64,000 nucleotides of DNA from Callorhinchus milii (Eukaryota), in contig NW_024704742.1 of NCBI RefSeq assembly GCF_018977255.1, positions 126,544,001-126,608,000 on the forward strand, given 5' to 3'. Under the pieces are notes generated by a model. It made no database searches. It was given only the letters and a program-made list of their open reading frames with translations, and was not told where the DNA came from. Below, piece after piece: positions 40,310-52,080 of the stretch (within the stretch, counting starts at the first letter, position 1; each line of letters starts with the position of its first letter). A program made the translations under genes and the position numbers.

Positions 40310-40465
40310 AGTAATAAATAATGTAATCTTTGCATTTGATATAGCACCTTAACACATCTTCGAGATGTCCCAAAGCGCTTCACAGAATATACTGTAAAGT
40401 ATATTCTGTGAAGAATATACAAACACAAACAACTGCTTGTGGGACACTGCTGTGTGTAATTGCTG
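40310..40465 (-). mobile_element. SINE 3' fragment, locally rearranged
   Basis: tgcatttgatatagcacc...caaagcgcttcacagaatatactgtaaagt. Confidence 0.75.
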
Positions 40466-40856
40466 CTGCTTTTAAAGCATATCATGACAGTTTGTGGCTT
40501 TATTTTTGTAAACAGCAAACTTTTTCTGCGTCTCTCCTTTATTCTCAATCTTGTGTCTCCCCCACTCTCCCCGGCTAGCATGAGGAACCCCCCAGTCCAG
40601 CTTTCCACTGCACGTTATTATGCAATTGTTAACAATATTGGAACCTGGGTGGAATTCTCTGCAGTAACCCCAGGACACATGAGCCACTTCTGCTGTCCTC
40701 TGTGACAGACAGCACCAATCCGAGTCTTAGCCAAGTCAGGCCGAGAGGTTAAGTAGGCTTAATATCCATTTATACACAGAACAGAAAGGATCAGCACAGT
40801 AAACAACACGAGTCAGAGCAGACCTAAAGGATCGAATCCACTGACGTCCTCCTCAC

Positions 40857-41002
40857 CTGTTCAATAGAGTAACCGCTGTTCAGAGCAACCCCGTAACCTC
40901 CAACAAAGGTAGCAGCTGGCAGTAGGTACAGGTAGTTGTACTCTGGAGGATCAGTGGGTCGTTTAAACATGTCCAACATCCTCTGAGTGACAATAAACCC
41001 AC
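40857..41002 (-). CDS. NNT: NNT coding exon (~13), 146 bp, [29 protein letters not shown]...YSIEQ
   Basis: ORF 40824..41066; cttcag|GT and CAG|gtgagg borders. Confidence 0.98.
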
Positions 41003-41289
41003 CTGAAGGAGAGGCATGGAAAAAATAATCACAGCAGAGTTGGAGAGGCATCTCATCAGTGCACAACTTTTATTTACCATTTTACTTGGAATGGCATCCA
41101 TTTTAGTATTCTAAGATGCTACCCCACGTGAATACAAGTTGCTGTTCACACACCTAGTCCTTAAGCTGCAGCTCTATACAGGACACAATTGTGGCACTGT
41201 GAGTCTTGCGCCTCCTGCTGGCTGGATGCAAGGTAGCCATTAGTGCAGAAATAAAGCCAGAAATTCTGGAATTGCACTGCAGGTCTGTT

Positions 41290-42810
41290 AAGAACATAAG
41301 AAATGCTAGACGAAAAATGACCAAGGTCCATCTAGTTCGCCTGGCGGTCACATGCACATATGTCCCAAACTACCTATGTACTGTCCCATAACATAATTTC
41401 CTAAAAGAAAACTATTTAACCCGTGTTTGAAAGAATCAACACTTCCTGCTTCAACCATCTCCCTATGGAGCCTGTTCCACAGGTTCACTATTCGCTCACT
41501 GAAGTAGTGTTTGCGTAGATTCATTCTGAATTTACTCCCCTTCAATCGCAGGCCGTGTCCTCTGATTTTACCATTCTGCACAAGTTCTGGACTGTCATCA
41601 TCTATTTTGTCTTGCCCCTTTAGAATCTTAAAGACAGCAATCATGTCACCTCTCAATCTTCTCTTTTCCAGTGTCAACATGCCCAATTTGCTTAGTCACT
41701 CTTCGTAGTCCAGTCCTTCCATCCCCTCAATCATTTTGGTTGCTCTCCTCTGTATCTTCTCGATTTCTCCAATATCGTTTTTGTACTGTGGCAAGTATGG
41801 TCTCACCAGTAATTTATAGAATGGCAGGATTACCCACTATTTTGGTTTGCTATTGATCTTTTGATACATCCCAACATGTAGTTTGCTGTATTCACTGCCA
41901 CAGAGGAGTGTTGGGAGAGCTTCAATTTATTGTCAATCAGGACCCCCAGGTCCTTTTCATTTTCCTTACATATTATTTTCCTTCCATTCAAATAATAGTC
42001 CCTTCCAGGATTTTTTGTTTTTATGTGAAGTACTTTACATTTCTCCACAATGAATTTCATCTGCGAACGATCTGCCCAATTCCCACATTTGTTCAAATCC
42101 TCCTGTAACCTATCTTGTTCAGCTTCGCTATCTACCACCTTCATTAGCTTGGTGTCATCTGCAAACTTAGCCACTGTGCTTGCGACTGTCCTAGTTCCAG
42201 ATCATTTATAAAAATATTAAACAAAAGATGTCCCAAAACAGAATCTTGTGGAACTCTCCTGGTAACATTTTCTCAATCTGATGACATCCAACCCTCTGGG
42301 TTATTCCAGCCAACCAATTGCATACGCATTGTAATCTACCTCCACTGATTCCCGCTTTCTTTACTTTCAGTACCAGCCTCTCAAGAGGAACTGTATCAAA
42401 GGCCTTACTGAAATCCAAATATACAACATCTACAGTCTTACCCTTATCAAGTTCCCTTGTCACACTGTCAAAGAAAACCAGTAAATTAGATTGACAAGAC
42501 CTTCCCTTCATGAACCCATATTGGCTATTATTTATGATTTTATTTCTGTCCAGATGCTCTATGATTTTATCCTTAATAAGTCTCCATAATTTCACCCACA
42601 ATGGACAACAAACTTACTGGTCTGTATTTTCCTGGGTCACTTTTGTTACCTTTCTTAAAAATAGGAGTAACATCTGCCTTTCTCCAGTCCCCCGGCACCT
42701 CTCCAGTATTCAGTGAGTTTTGAAAGATTTATGCCAGCATTTCTGCGACTTCCACCCTTAGTTACTTAAGGATCTTCAGATGCAATTTATCCGACCCCCA
42801 AGATTTATTT
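41290..42810 (-). mobile_element. 5'-truncated CR1 LINE (~1.5 kb, degraded RT)
   Basis: ORFs give QYGFMKGRSC, VYLDFSKAFDTVP, KFADDTKL and LEKRRLRGDMI; aagaacataagaa tail. Confidence 0.95.
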
Positions 42811-42997
42811 ACACAGCCATGCCATCTGCAAACTTAGCCACTGTGCTTGTTAACATCTGATTCATATACTTATTCAGATGCCAATCAACTTGCTTTGGAT
42901 TTTCTGATCTTGCTTCCGATTTCCAGCAATTATACTTTCTCTTTCTAGCTCTACCCATTGGTAGACTCTCAGGATCTCTTTGGAGCTGAACTTGTAC

Positions 42998-43260
42998 CAA
43001 GCTGACATGCTTGGCAAAGGAATGTCAGAATCGAGCCGGCCCTCTGTGGCTGTCTCAGCAGACCGGTTCCTGAGACAGGCGGGTCCGCAGTATTTCAGGA
43101 CACTGCTGATGATAGCTCAGCCAGTCTGGCTCATTGGCAGGACTTGGAAGGGTAGACCAGTCCCTGGGGGCAGGAAATCATCTCACTCAGCTCCTCTTAA
43201 CCCTGCAAGCCAGCAAGTGGAGCAGATTTTTAGGCTGCTCGGACAATAAGTGCTTGGACT
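42998..43260 (+). repeat. Unclassified dispersed repeat, copy 3
   Basis: aagctgacatgcttggcaaaggaatgtcagaatcg...ttggcaggacttggaaggg. Confidence 0.8.
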
Positions 43261-43709
43261 CCCAAATGCTCAATGCAGCAGGCCGGATGGGGCAAAACTC
43301 TGAACGGTACCCACCACCCTCCACCTCCACCAACCTTGGAAATGAGATGTGGGGGGGGGGGGGGAGGAGAGAGAGAGAGAATCAATAATGTATCTATCAT
43401 ATGTTACGACCCAAACCCTTAAAATGTCATATTTTAATTTATGTGAAATGTGATTTATGTGAACATGTTTATGCACACATTTCTACGTTCCCTTCCAAAA
43501 TCACTACACTAAAAAAAACAACACCCTTGGGTACTATCTTTATACAATACCCCTGGATGGTTACTCAGTATGTGGTATACATCATCTGTCTGGTAAAGAA
43601 ATTAAAATTAAAGTAGGACATCATCAGTGGAACATTTAGTTGTCTTCAGCACAGGGAATTTAATGCAACTGAAAGAAACAGCTTCACCACTAAATCTTTT
43701 GGTTGTTGT

Positions 43710-43873
43710 CAACATAAGAATTGCTAGATGAAAGAAGACCAAGGTCCATCCAGTTTGCCTTCCACCATCCTGGGAGTCACATGCACATGTCATGAACCAA
43801 ATTATATACTGTATCCCAAGATATTATTTCCTAAAAGAAATCTATCTAATTTGCTTTTGAAAGAATCAACACT
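43710..43873 (-). mobile_element. CR1 3' end, ~30 bp from an NNT donor site
   Basis: Matches 41292-41445. Confidence 0.85.
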
Positions 43874-43903
43874 TTAAGAAAAAGGGTCCCAAGGAGTTCT
43901 TAC

Positions 43904-44014
43904 CAGCAATGTTAATGGAGGAGATGAAGGCTGCCATCAGAGCGAGGGTATGTGCAGTGCTGCTCGGGAGATAACTTCCCCCCATCAGGGCCAATCCTCC
44001 AACTGCAGTTAAAC
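43904..44014 (-). CDS. NNT: NNT coding exon (~12), 111 bp, [37 protein letters not shown]
   Basis: caatag|GT and G|gtaaga borders; manual translation. Confidence 0.97.
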
Positions 44015-44056
44015 CTATTGGGGGGAGAAGAGAAGTTGGAAGGGAAAGTTTGAGAA

Positions 44057-44376
44057 GGAAATATGAGAGCTTTCAGCCACTTTGCCCTCTCTGTAAATAT
44101 CTCCTCCTCACTCCCCCTCTCTCTCTGTTTTCAAAACACATTTGTGGAACACTGCTGTGCACAATTGGCTGCTGCGTTTCGCCCACAAAATATACAGCCA
44201 ATTCACTTTACAGTATATTCTGTGAAGTGCTTTGAGACGTCTCGAAGATCTAAGGTGCTACATCAGATGCAAGGATTATTATTGTTATATCTCTTTCACT
44301 ACGTCCTCAGCCACTTCTCACCTAGATATTTCCGGAAAGAGCAGTGTGTAAAGTGGCTGAAAGCTCTCATATTTCC
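44057..44376. repeat. Perfect 27-bp inverted repeat enclosing a SINE 3' half
   Basis: ggaaatatgagagctttcagccacttt (44057-44083) and aaagtggctgaaagctctcatatttcc (44350-44376). Confidence 0.95.
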
Positions 44377-45157
44377 CCGCTGAACTCCCACACTGCCCAG
44401 ACTCCCACCATCTCTGTAAAGCGCACGTCATTGAGAAGGCGATATATCAAATGAAAGGAGTATTATTACTATAGTATACCCATGAAATAAAAGAAAGCAA
44501 ATTCTTGAAGCTTCTCCGGAAATATGGTGCTAGAGTAATGTTGGTTATTTTCTCAGATTACAAGTATCTTTTGGTATGTAAAAGTAAGCATGCAACCTGT
44601 CAGGATGTACAAAACATCCCCAGGCTACAATAATTCAAAAGTTGTTGAATGAGTGTTGCACCCGGCCATCCTCACTGGGACAGAAGGAGATTGCCTTGCT
44701 CAACAGATGGAAATACAGACAGTAAAACAGCTGGAATGAATTACTGTGAAGAATGATATTGGCCAGGACACTAGACTTTTTCAAGAAACTGCTTCATACT
44801 GCTACAGGGAAATAAAAATAATTCTTACATTTGATACAGCACCTTTCACATTGGGAGGACATCTCAAAGCACAAGTATATACTGTAAAGTAGAGTGACTG
44901 TGGGTGAACAGTATGGTTGATATTCTGAAAGGGTAAGACTAAATGGTTCTAAGGGTCATTCTTCATCTAAACCAAGCCTGTGACTGCAGACATTCCTACC
45001 TCATAACATAAACTAAATTGTCACACAAGGTGAACATGTTGAAAAAAAGTCACTTTGCCTCAAGAACATTTCCAATTTTACAGTATTGCAGAATGAACAT
45101 GAGTCATTTGGTGTACAGCTCAACCAAAACTTCATAGCCTATATCTATTCCCATACC

Positions 45158-45479
45158 GTGGAGTCCTGTAGCTCAGTGGTTAGAGCACTCGCTTTGCAAG
45201 TGAGAGACCTGAGTTCAATTCCAGGCAGAGGGCGAAACCTTGGGCAAGTTTCCTTACTCCACACAGAGCCTAATAATAATCCCTCCAACACCAAAAACAA
45301 TAATAAATTGGTCATTTTCAATCTACGACTGTTTGTGGGACATTGCTGTGCGCAATTGGCTGCCACTGTCGCCCACAAATATACAGTCAATTCACTTTAC
45401 AGTATATTCTGTGAAGCGCTTTGGGACATCCTCCTGACGTGAAAAGCGCTATATCAAATGCAAGGATTATTATTATTAT
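45158..45479 (+). mobile_element. Full-length young tRNA-Ala-like SINE with ATACC target-site duplication
   Basis: atacc at 45153-45157 and 45480-45484; A and B boxes; (att)n tail. Confidence 0.95.
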
Positions 45480-46055
45480 ATACCAGGATTCGCAAGAATA
45501 TCACCCTCATCCTCACAAGACTTCACTGGCTCCCTCCCCATCTCCTAGCAGGATGACTAAGATCCTCAATTAACTTTAAAATGTTCCTGGTCCCAAGCCC
45601 CAGTCTACCTCTGTGATCAGTATCTCTTGTTGTCCTACTCCCTCCATTCCACCAACTCTGGCCTGCTCTACATCTCTTTTCCTCTTAACATTAGTGGAAG
45701 AGAACACAAAATACAGTCAATCCACTTTAAAGGATATCCTGTAAAGCCATCTTGATGGCGTGATAAGGTGCTATATCAAATGGAAAGATTATTAGTATTC
45801 AGTGACTTTGCCCTTCTCTCCGGAACGCTCTCCTCCTTGCAGTTTCCTCCTGGCACTATACAAGTACAAGGTCTCAATCCCAAATTTTAAAAGAATTTAG
45901 TCAATTTTATTATCCCAGTGCCTAATATGGATTCAAAAAAATCAATCGTATCTTTGCTTTCCATGTTCCCCGCAATGGAATGATACACTAATTTACAGAC
46001 TCCCTTTCTCCCCACATTAAAACAAACGATCACTGTTCCATTGAATAACACCGAC

Positions 46056-46217
46056 CTGAGATGGCGTTGGTGACTGACATGAGCGGTGAGTGAAGAGCTG
46101 GTTTGACGCCCCACACTGTATGATATCCCACAATCCCAGCTAGGCCAAAGGTGGTTACTATCTGAGTGAATTCAGCATTGGGGGCAGAGATCCCCAGACT
46201 CATCAGGGTAGCCAGAC
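46056..46217 (-). CDS. NNT: NNT coding exon (~11), 162 bp, ...[31 protein letters not shown]
   Basis: tttctag|GT and G|gtcggt borders; manual translation. Confidence 0.97.
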
Positions 46218-46974
46218 CTAGAAATAATATACACCATTATAAAACAAAACAAACGTGAGAAGCAAAAACAGAAAGATTAACAACAAGGCTCATGAAAAAA
46301 ACAGGTTAACCTTTCAGGGATGTCCATTTTGTTACACATATAAAGTAATAGATACGAGATGTAGAGTAACGCAAAAGAGAGAAGAATTGGAAGGAACGAT
46401 GGCAGTAAATGGAAATCTTCAAATTAACAACAACCCTTAATTCCACACAACAGGACAACTGCTGCCATTCAATCATAACCATGTTCAGTTCACAAACACT
46501 AATTATGTTTGAAATAGTTAGCAATGTACTCTCTTAATAAGAACTTGTCTTGTGTGTTTTTGTTGCACATCAAAATGAAGACGAAGTCAAGGCTTCAACT
46601 TAGAATAAAATAGCTATCCCCCCCTCCCCCCTTCCCACCCATGGCCACTTGGCAACTGAGCAGATTGCTGGATTGGGAGAAGTTCTGATCACATTCCATG
46701 ACAATAATAGTTTGCATTGTGACAATAATTAAGTCATCAGAGAGCAGTAAAACCATTAAACATGGAACTCAAATCTGTAGCAACCACAGATATTTGGCAT
46801 AGACATCTCTGAATTGTAGTGGCTGGCAACTAACTACAATAGAACAGCTGTAGTTGCACACCAAAGTACAACTGCAGCACATTCAGCCAATCCATGTGCC
46901 ACAAGCTTCATGCACTTTGCACAATGAAGCACATACCAAAAGCTGTAAATTCACTGTTTAAGGATGCAAAGCAA

Positions 46975-47278
46975 AAACTATTTCCACTGGTGGGTGGGTG
47001 GGTAACCCGAAGACACCGATTTAAAATAGTTGTTAAAAGAAGCAGATGGGAGGTGAAGAGAATTTTTTTTCACACAGCAAGTTGTTCGGATCTGGAATGT
47101 ATTGCCTGAAAGGGTGGTGGAACCTGATTCAATAACAACTTTTAAGAGAAGTAGATAATTTTTAGGGGAGGACAAGGGGAGAGCGCGGGGGAGTGGGATT
47201 GATTTGGATGGCTATTTTCAAAGAGCTGGCACAGACACGATGGGCCCAATGGCCTCCTCCTGTGCTGTATAATTCTAT
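46975..47278 (+). mobile_element. CR1 3' end
   Basis: tttccactggtggg...gcctgaaagggtggtggaa...atgggcccaatggcctcctcctgtgctgta. Confidence 0.85.
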
Positions 47279-48943
47279 GAAAGCAACATCTAATTGTTGG
47301 CAGCTGTAAACATGCACCCAGAACAGTTCAGGATTTTTTTTTATTAAATATATAAATGTGCACTGATTTTAACATTTTATTTTCAAAGGGGGAAAAAATA
47401 ACATTTTACTCATTCCATTTAACTCTCAATTCTGCAGATTCAACTTGTCTATGCAACAAAAAAAAGTTGCAGTTAAATACTATGAACTAAAATTAAAAGA
47501 GGAGTTGGTTGTGATAAATCGGTTTCTGCTGCTTTGACCTCCAGGCAAAACACTTGCATGGTTTCTCTTTGCATGAAGTTACAACCAGTCACAACCTCTT
47601 TGGCGGCTTTCAAGGACTGTGGGAAACTGTGCAGGAAAGTTTATGTCTTTAGACTAACCATTTCCTGATTTCTGGTTTCACAGGAGTTCAAAACAATTAC
47701 ATTTTATATGGAAGCCACTCACTCATACCTTAAAAAAAACCTCAGGCAAAATAGATCATTCCAATAAAAGTTGCAGGTTTAATCCTTTCCAGTTAAGGAC
47801 TTTCCTCTAGATCAGCGATATCAAGAGGACAATTAGAGCCGAGATGTAGAAACCAAAACTGCCCTGGCCTCTTCCTTCCTTCCCGTTTCCCATTAGAGCC
47901 TTCACAAACAAAGCACTGAACTTACTTTCTAGGGCATTTCTTCCAACCTCTCCCCTATACCCAGGGATACATTTCTCGTAGTCAAGACAAGCGTCCATTT
48001 TAATGTTCCTTCTGTGCACTGATTATTCAGACTCTAAAGTTCAGGGCATTCTTTTTGCAAGCAAGTAAAGCAGAGAATGAACCACCAGAAGACTGAAAAC
48101 AGGCGAGTTGTTAATGAAAGTTATTCAAGTTTTCTTTTTAATTCGGGGAAGGGGGGAGGAGAGCAGAGACAGGGATGAGCTAACTAATATGACAAAAGGT
48201 CTCATACTGAAGAAAGACTGAGCACAATTCAAAAAATTGGAAATAGTTATTTACTGATTAGATCTCAGGAAACTTTAGATTGCATTTAGTGAAGCAAACA
48301 GAAGGTTAAGGAAGGCATTGCCAGTTAAAAATCAAAGATGCCATATTGAATATATTCCCTTGCAATGAACCTATGTAAAATATCTGAACCAGGTTTGATC
48401 AGGACAATTGTAATAGTGCATTGAAAAGACTATGATGGATAGAAATAAAAAAAGGATTCTACATTATGCTATGGTACCAAAAAAAGGGAATAGATTCCTT
48501 TAAAAAAAATAGAAGCAAGAAAATATGATGGCACAGGATGCTGATACCCCACTGAGATACAAAAGCGAAAGTAGCAAATGAATATTTTTTCTCGAGAACA
48601 CTCTAAAATACCAGGCAGTACCCCAAGTCATCTTAGTCTGTTCATGGGCCCCAGTGTTAAGAGGTTTGAGAGGATTGTAAACCACATTCTTGGCAGGGAT
48701 CAGTGTGCGGGTTGGGAAGGCATCAAGGAGGGATGTGAAGAATACAGAGCCAGGGAAATGAAGCTCAAGTTCAGATCATCCATATTACAGGCAGATTGGG
48801 ATCAGTTCAGCAGCCTGCTCAAATATTTAGCATGTTGAATGGACTCAGGTGTCCATGTTATGGATTCCTCCCTCCACCCCCACCCAATGCTGTTCTGAAG
48901 GGCAACATCTTTGACGCTGGATCTCAAGGCTTCAAGCATTGAA

Positions 48944-49100
48944 GATAGATTTCTTATTGCAAAAGGGATTAAGGATATGGGAATAAGGCAGGGTTATGGT
49001 ATTAGCTGGAGTTAGATTAGAAGATCAGCCATGATTGAATGGCGGGGCAGGCTCGAAGGGCCGAATAGCCTACTCCTGCTCCAACATGTTATGTTATGTT
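48944..49100 (+). mobile_element. CR1 3' end (same family as 55698)
   Basis: Near-identical reverse complement of 55700-55858; (atgtt)n tail. Confidence 0.9.
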
Positions 49101-49406
49101 CAATTTCACAATTGAAAATTTCTACAAATATATAAATTACATATGCATATAAATTGAGGCACATCATTTTTTCAAAGCTTTAGAATTAGTTAGAATCTTA
49201 AAAATTAGGAGAACACCAGATTGCAAAAGAGCAGTCTCACACAATACTATTCCCAATATGGATTAAGTAGATACTGCAGGGCAATAGTACTTTGACAGGA
49301 AACATTCAGTTCTGCACTGAAATAGTCCACTACTTTGAGGAATTCCATAAAATGTTGACAAAGTTTGCAACTTTGTTTCTATGAATACTCTGCTAGCCAT
49401 ACTCAC

Positions 49407-49560
49407 CTCCTGTGTAAAGGGAAGCTGTGGTCAATGTCTTATTGAAGGGAGAGATTGCTGCTTCCTTCGCAGCCTCCAACTCTGCCACTTTCGGTGGTTT
49501 TGGGGGAGCACTGACAGGGGCATTTTGAGGTGGCGGTGCTGGGAAGATCAACTTCCCGTC
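49407..49560 (-). CDS. NNT: NNT coding exon (~10), 154 bp, [51 protein letters not shown] (proline-rich dI-dII linker)
   Basis: gacag|GAC and G|gtgagt borders; manual translation. Confidence 0.96.
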
Positions 49561-49819
49561 CTGTCAATGTAGAAATAGAAAAATAAGCTTGCAAACAAAA
49601 CAGAGGTGTTCTATACACAGAGAGATTACTTGCTCATTACCTGGATAGCAGGAAGACATAACTTTATTCTGGTTATTTCTCAGCTAGGTCTAAAATCTGT
49701 GCGTTTTAGGAACTTGGTTGCACTGTGTATTCTGCCTTTCATTTACCAGGACCAAGGCTCAAATCCAGTTTGAACAACCGAGCACACACAATTATTTATT
49801 ATAACAATGGGTACAGTCA

Positions 49820-50305
49820 TCAACAACAACAACAACAAGATTCCATTTATAGAGCGCCTTTCACGTCGGGAGGACGTCCCAAGGCGCTGTACAGTTGGGT
49901 CAGGACCCGAGCAGGGGGGAAATGGTCAGGGTGAGGGGAGGGAAGGGAGGGAGCGAGGAGGGGGTAGAGAGTCGAGAGGGGAGCTGAAGGCACAGTCAAA
50001 GAGAAAAGTCTTGAGAGGAGGAAAGGGAGGAGGCAATGCGAAGGCACTGGGGGATAGAGTTCCAGAGCCTAGGGGCTGAGAGGCTGAAGGCCCGGCCACC
50101 GATGGTAGGGCGGTTGGGGCGGGGGGTATGCAGCAGACCGGAGCCAGAGGAACGGAGGGTACGGGCAGGAAGGTAGGGGGATAGTAGGTCAGAGAGGTAG
50201 GAGGGAGCAAGGCCATGAATGGCCTTGTAGGTGAGGATGAGGATCTTGAATTGGGATCTCTGGGGGATGGGGAGCCAGTGGAGGCAAGCAAGGGTGGGAG
50301 TGATG
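49820..50305 (-). mobile_element. Young L2 3' fragment
   Basis: HITPTLACLHWLPIPQRSQFKIL...GGRAFSLSAPRLWN; (caa)n tail. Confidence 0.93.
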
Positions 50306-50429
50306 TGAAACAAACAGCAATTCACCAGAAAGAAATCAGACCAGCCAGATCGAGTACAGTGGTGTTTTCCAGTCCTGCACACCCCAGGCTTTCCATTTCA
50401 ACACAGGTCTTGAATAGTCCAGCACTCAC

Positions 50430-50621
50430 CTTCATCACCACTGTCCCTCTAATCACGTGGTCCATTGTGCCGTAATCAAAGTCGTCTTTGGGGTTGAAGT
50501 AGAAGTTCTCCTGGTCGGGGCTGATGGCTTTCAGCAGTTTGGTGATATTGTTGGAATACAAGGTGCTGGCCTGAGAAGCCAATTGACTCGGAAGGTCCGT
50601 GTGGCCAATGTGAGTCACTCC
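50430..50621 (-). CDS. NNT: NNT coding exon (~9), 192 bp, [25 protein letters not shown]...RGTVVMK
   Basis: ORF 50322..50618; gaag|GGA and AAG|gtgagt borders. Confidence 0.98.
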
Positions 50622-51144
50622 CTTCAGAGATTTTATTTAGAAAACAAAGAAAAAACTTTTAACAAGTAATGAACAGTTTTTTTTCTTATGCAAGCGATAC
50701 AATAGTGTCAACAGGGTTGACTTGATTTGATTTTTAAGATGACAGGGGTGAAAAATTACACCAAACAACATGGGACAGAAAGAGGCCATTCGGCCCAACC
50801 AGTCCATGTTGGGGTTTATACCCACACGAGCCCCTGCTCCTCCTATTCCCTTCTCCCTCATATATACATCAAATTTCTCAGAGAGATGATTTGTTTCTGA
50901 TCCACTCAGTTCTATCATCAAGATCCAAGATGTCACAAGATGTCCTCGCTGCTGTTCTAGCAGAATAGACACAATGAGGAGTGTTATAAGTTTACTTACC
51001 CATGGTGAAATATTCATGCGAATTCTGACCGATAATACCATAATAATCCTTATATTTGGTACATATCGAGAGGACATCTCAAAGCACTTCATAAGATACT
51101 GTGAAGTGGAGTAATTCTTTTTTTCTTCAGATGCCCTCAATTAC

Positions 51145-51645
51145 ATAATAATCCTTGCATTTGAAATAGCACCTTATAATTAAATAATTAATCCTTGCAT
51201 TTGATATAGCGCTTTTCACGTCTTCTAGACGTCTCAAAGCGCTTCACAGAATATAGTGTAAAGTGAATTGATTGTATATTTGTGGATAAAAAGCGGCAAC
51301 CAATTGCACACAGCAGTGTCCCACAAACAGTGGTGGATTGAAGTGACCAATTTAGTACTGTTTCTTTTCTTGAGGGATTATTATCAGGCGCGTGGAGTAA
51401 GGAAACTTGCCCAAGGTTTCACCGTGCCGGGAATCCAACCCGGGTCTCTCGCTTGCGAAGCGAATGCTCTAACCACTAAGCTGCAGGACTCCACATCACG
51501 TCTTCAAGACGTCTCAAAGCGCTTCACAGAATATAATGTAAAGTGAATTGACTGTATATTTGTGGGCAAAACGCAGCAGCCAATTGCGCACAGCAATGTT
51601 TTGTGGGTGAAATTATTATTTTTATTTTATTTTTGAAGGGATTTT
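51145..51645 (-). mobile_element. Full SINE (51178-51494) nested in the tail of an older SINE
   Basis: The host tail gcaccttat|cacgtc is split by a complete copy. Confidence 0.88.
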
Positions 51646-52080
51646 CAACGTAAGATTAAGTTATTAACATAAAACGACAGATTTTTTTTAAAGCAATCCT
51701 TTTCATTGCTTGTTAATTCCATAATTAAGAACACAGATAATTTCCTCTGGACTGATGTCACTTTACAAATTTTCAAAAGATTTTTAAAAAAACATTTAAT
51801 ATGGTTTTATAATACTTACAAGTTCCCTCAGCTTTTTATGAGAATCCGAGGTTATATTATTTCGCCATTGGAAACAGTAATTTTACCAGTTATAAGAAAC
51901 ATTCATCACAGAAGGAAACATTTGGGGGAAGTTAGTCACAGAAATGTACGCTAGTCAAACCAGATTAAGCCAATAAATGTACTGAGTAATATTAACAATA
52001 TTATGCTTTGATCCAGAATTCAGACTTAACAAGGCTTGTGCTTGGACAAAATGTGAGGTCAAACAGCAGGCCAACTTCAG

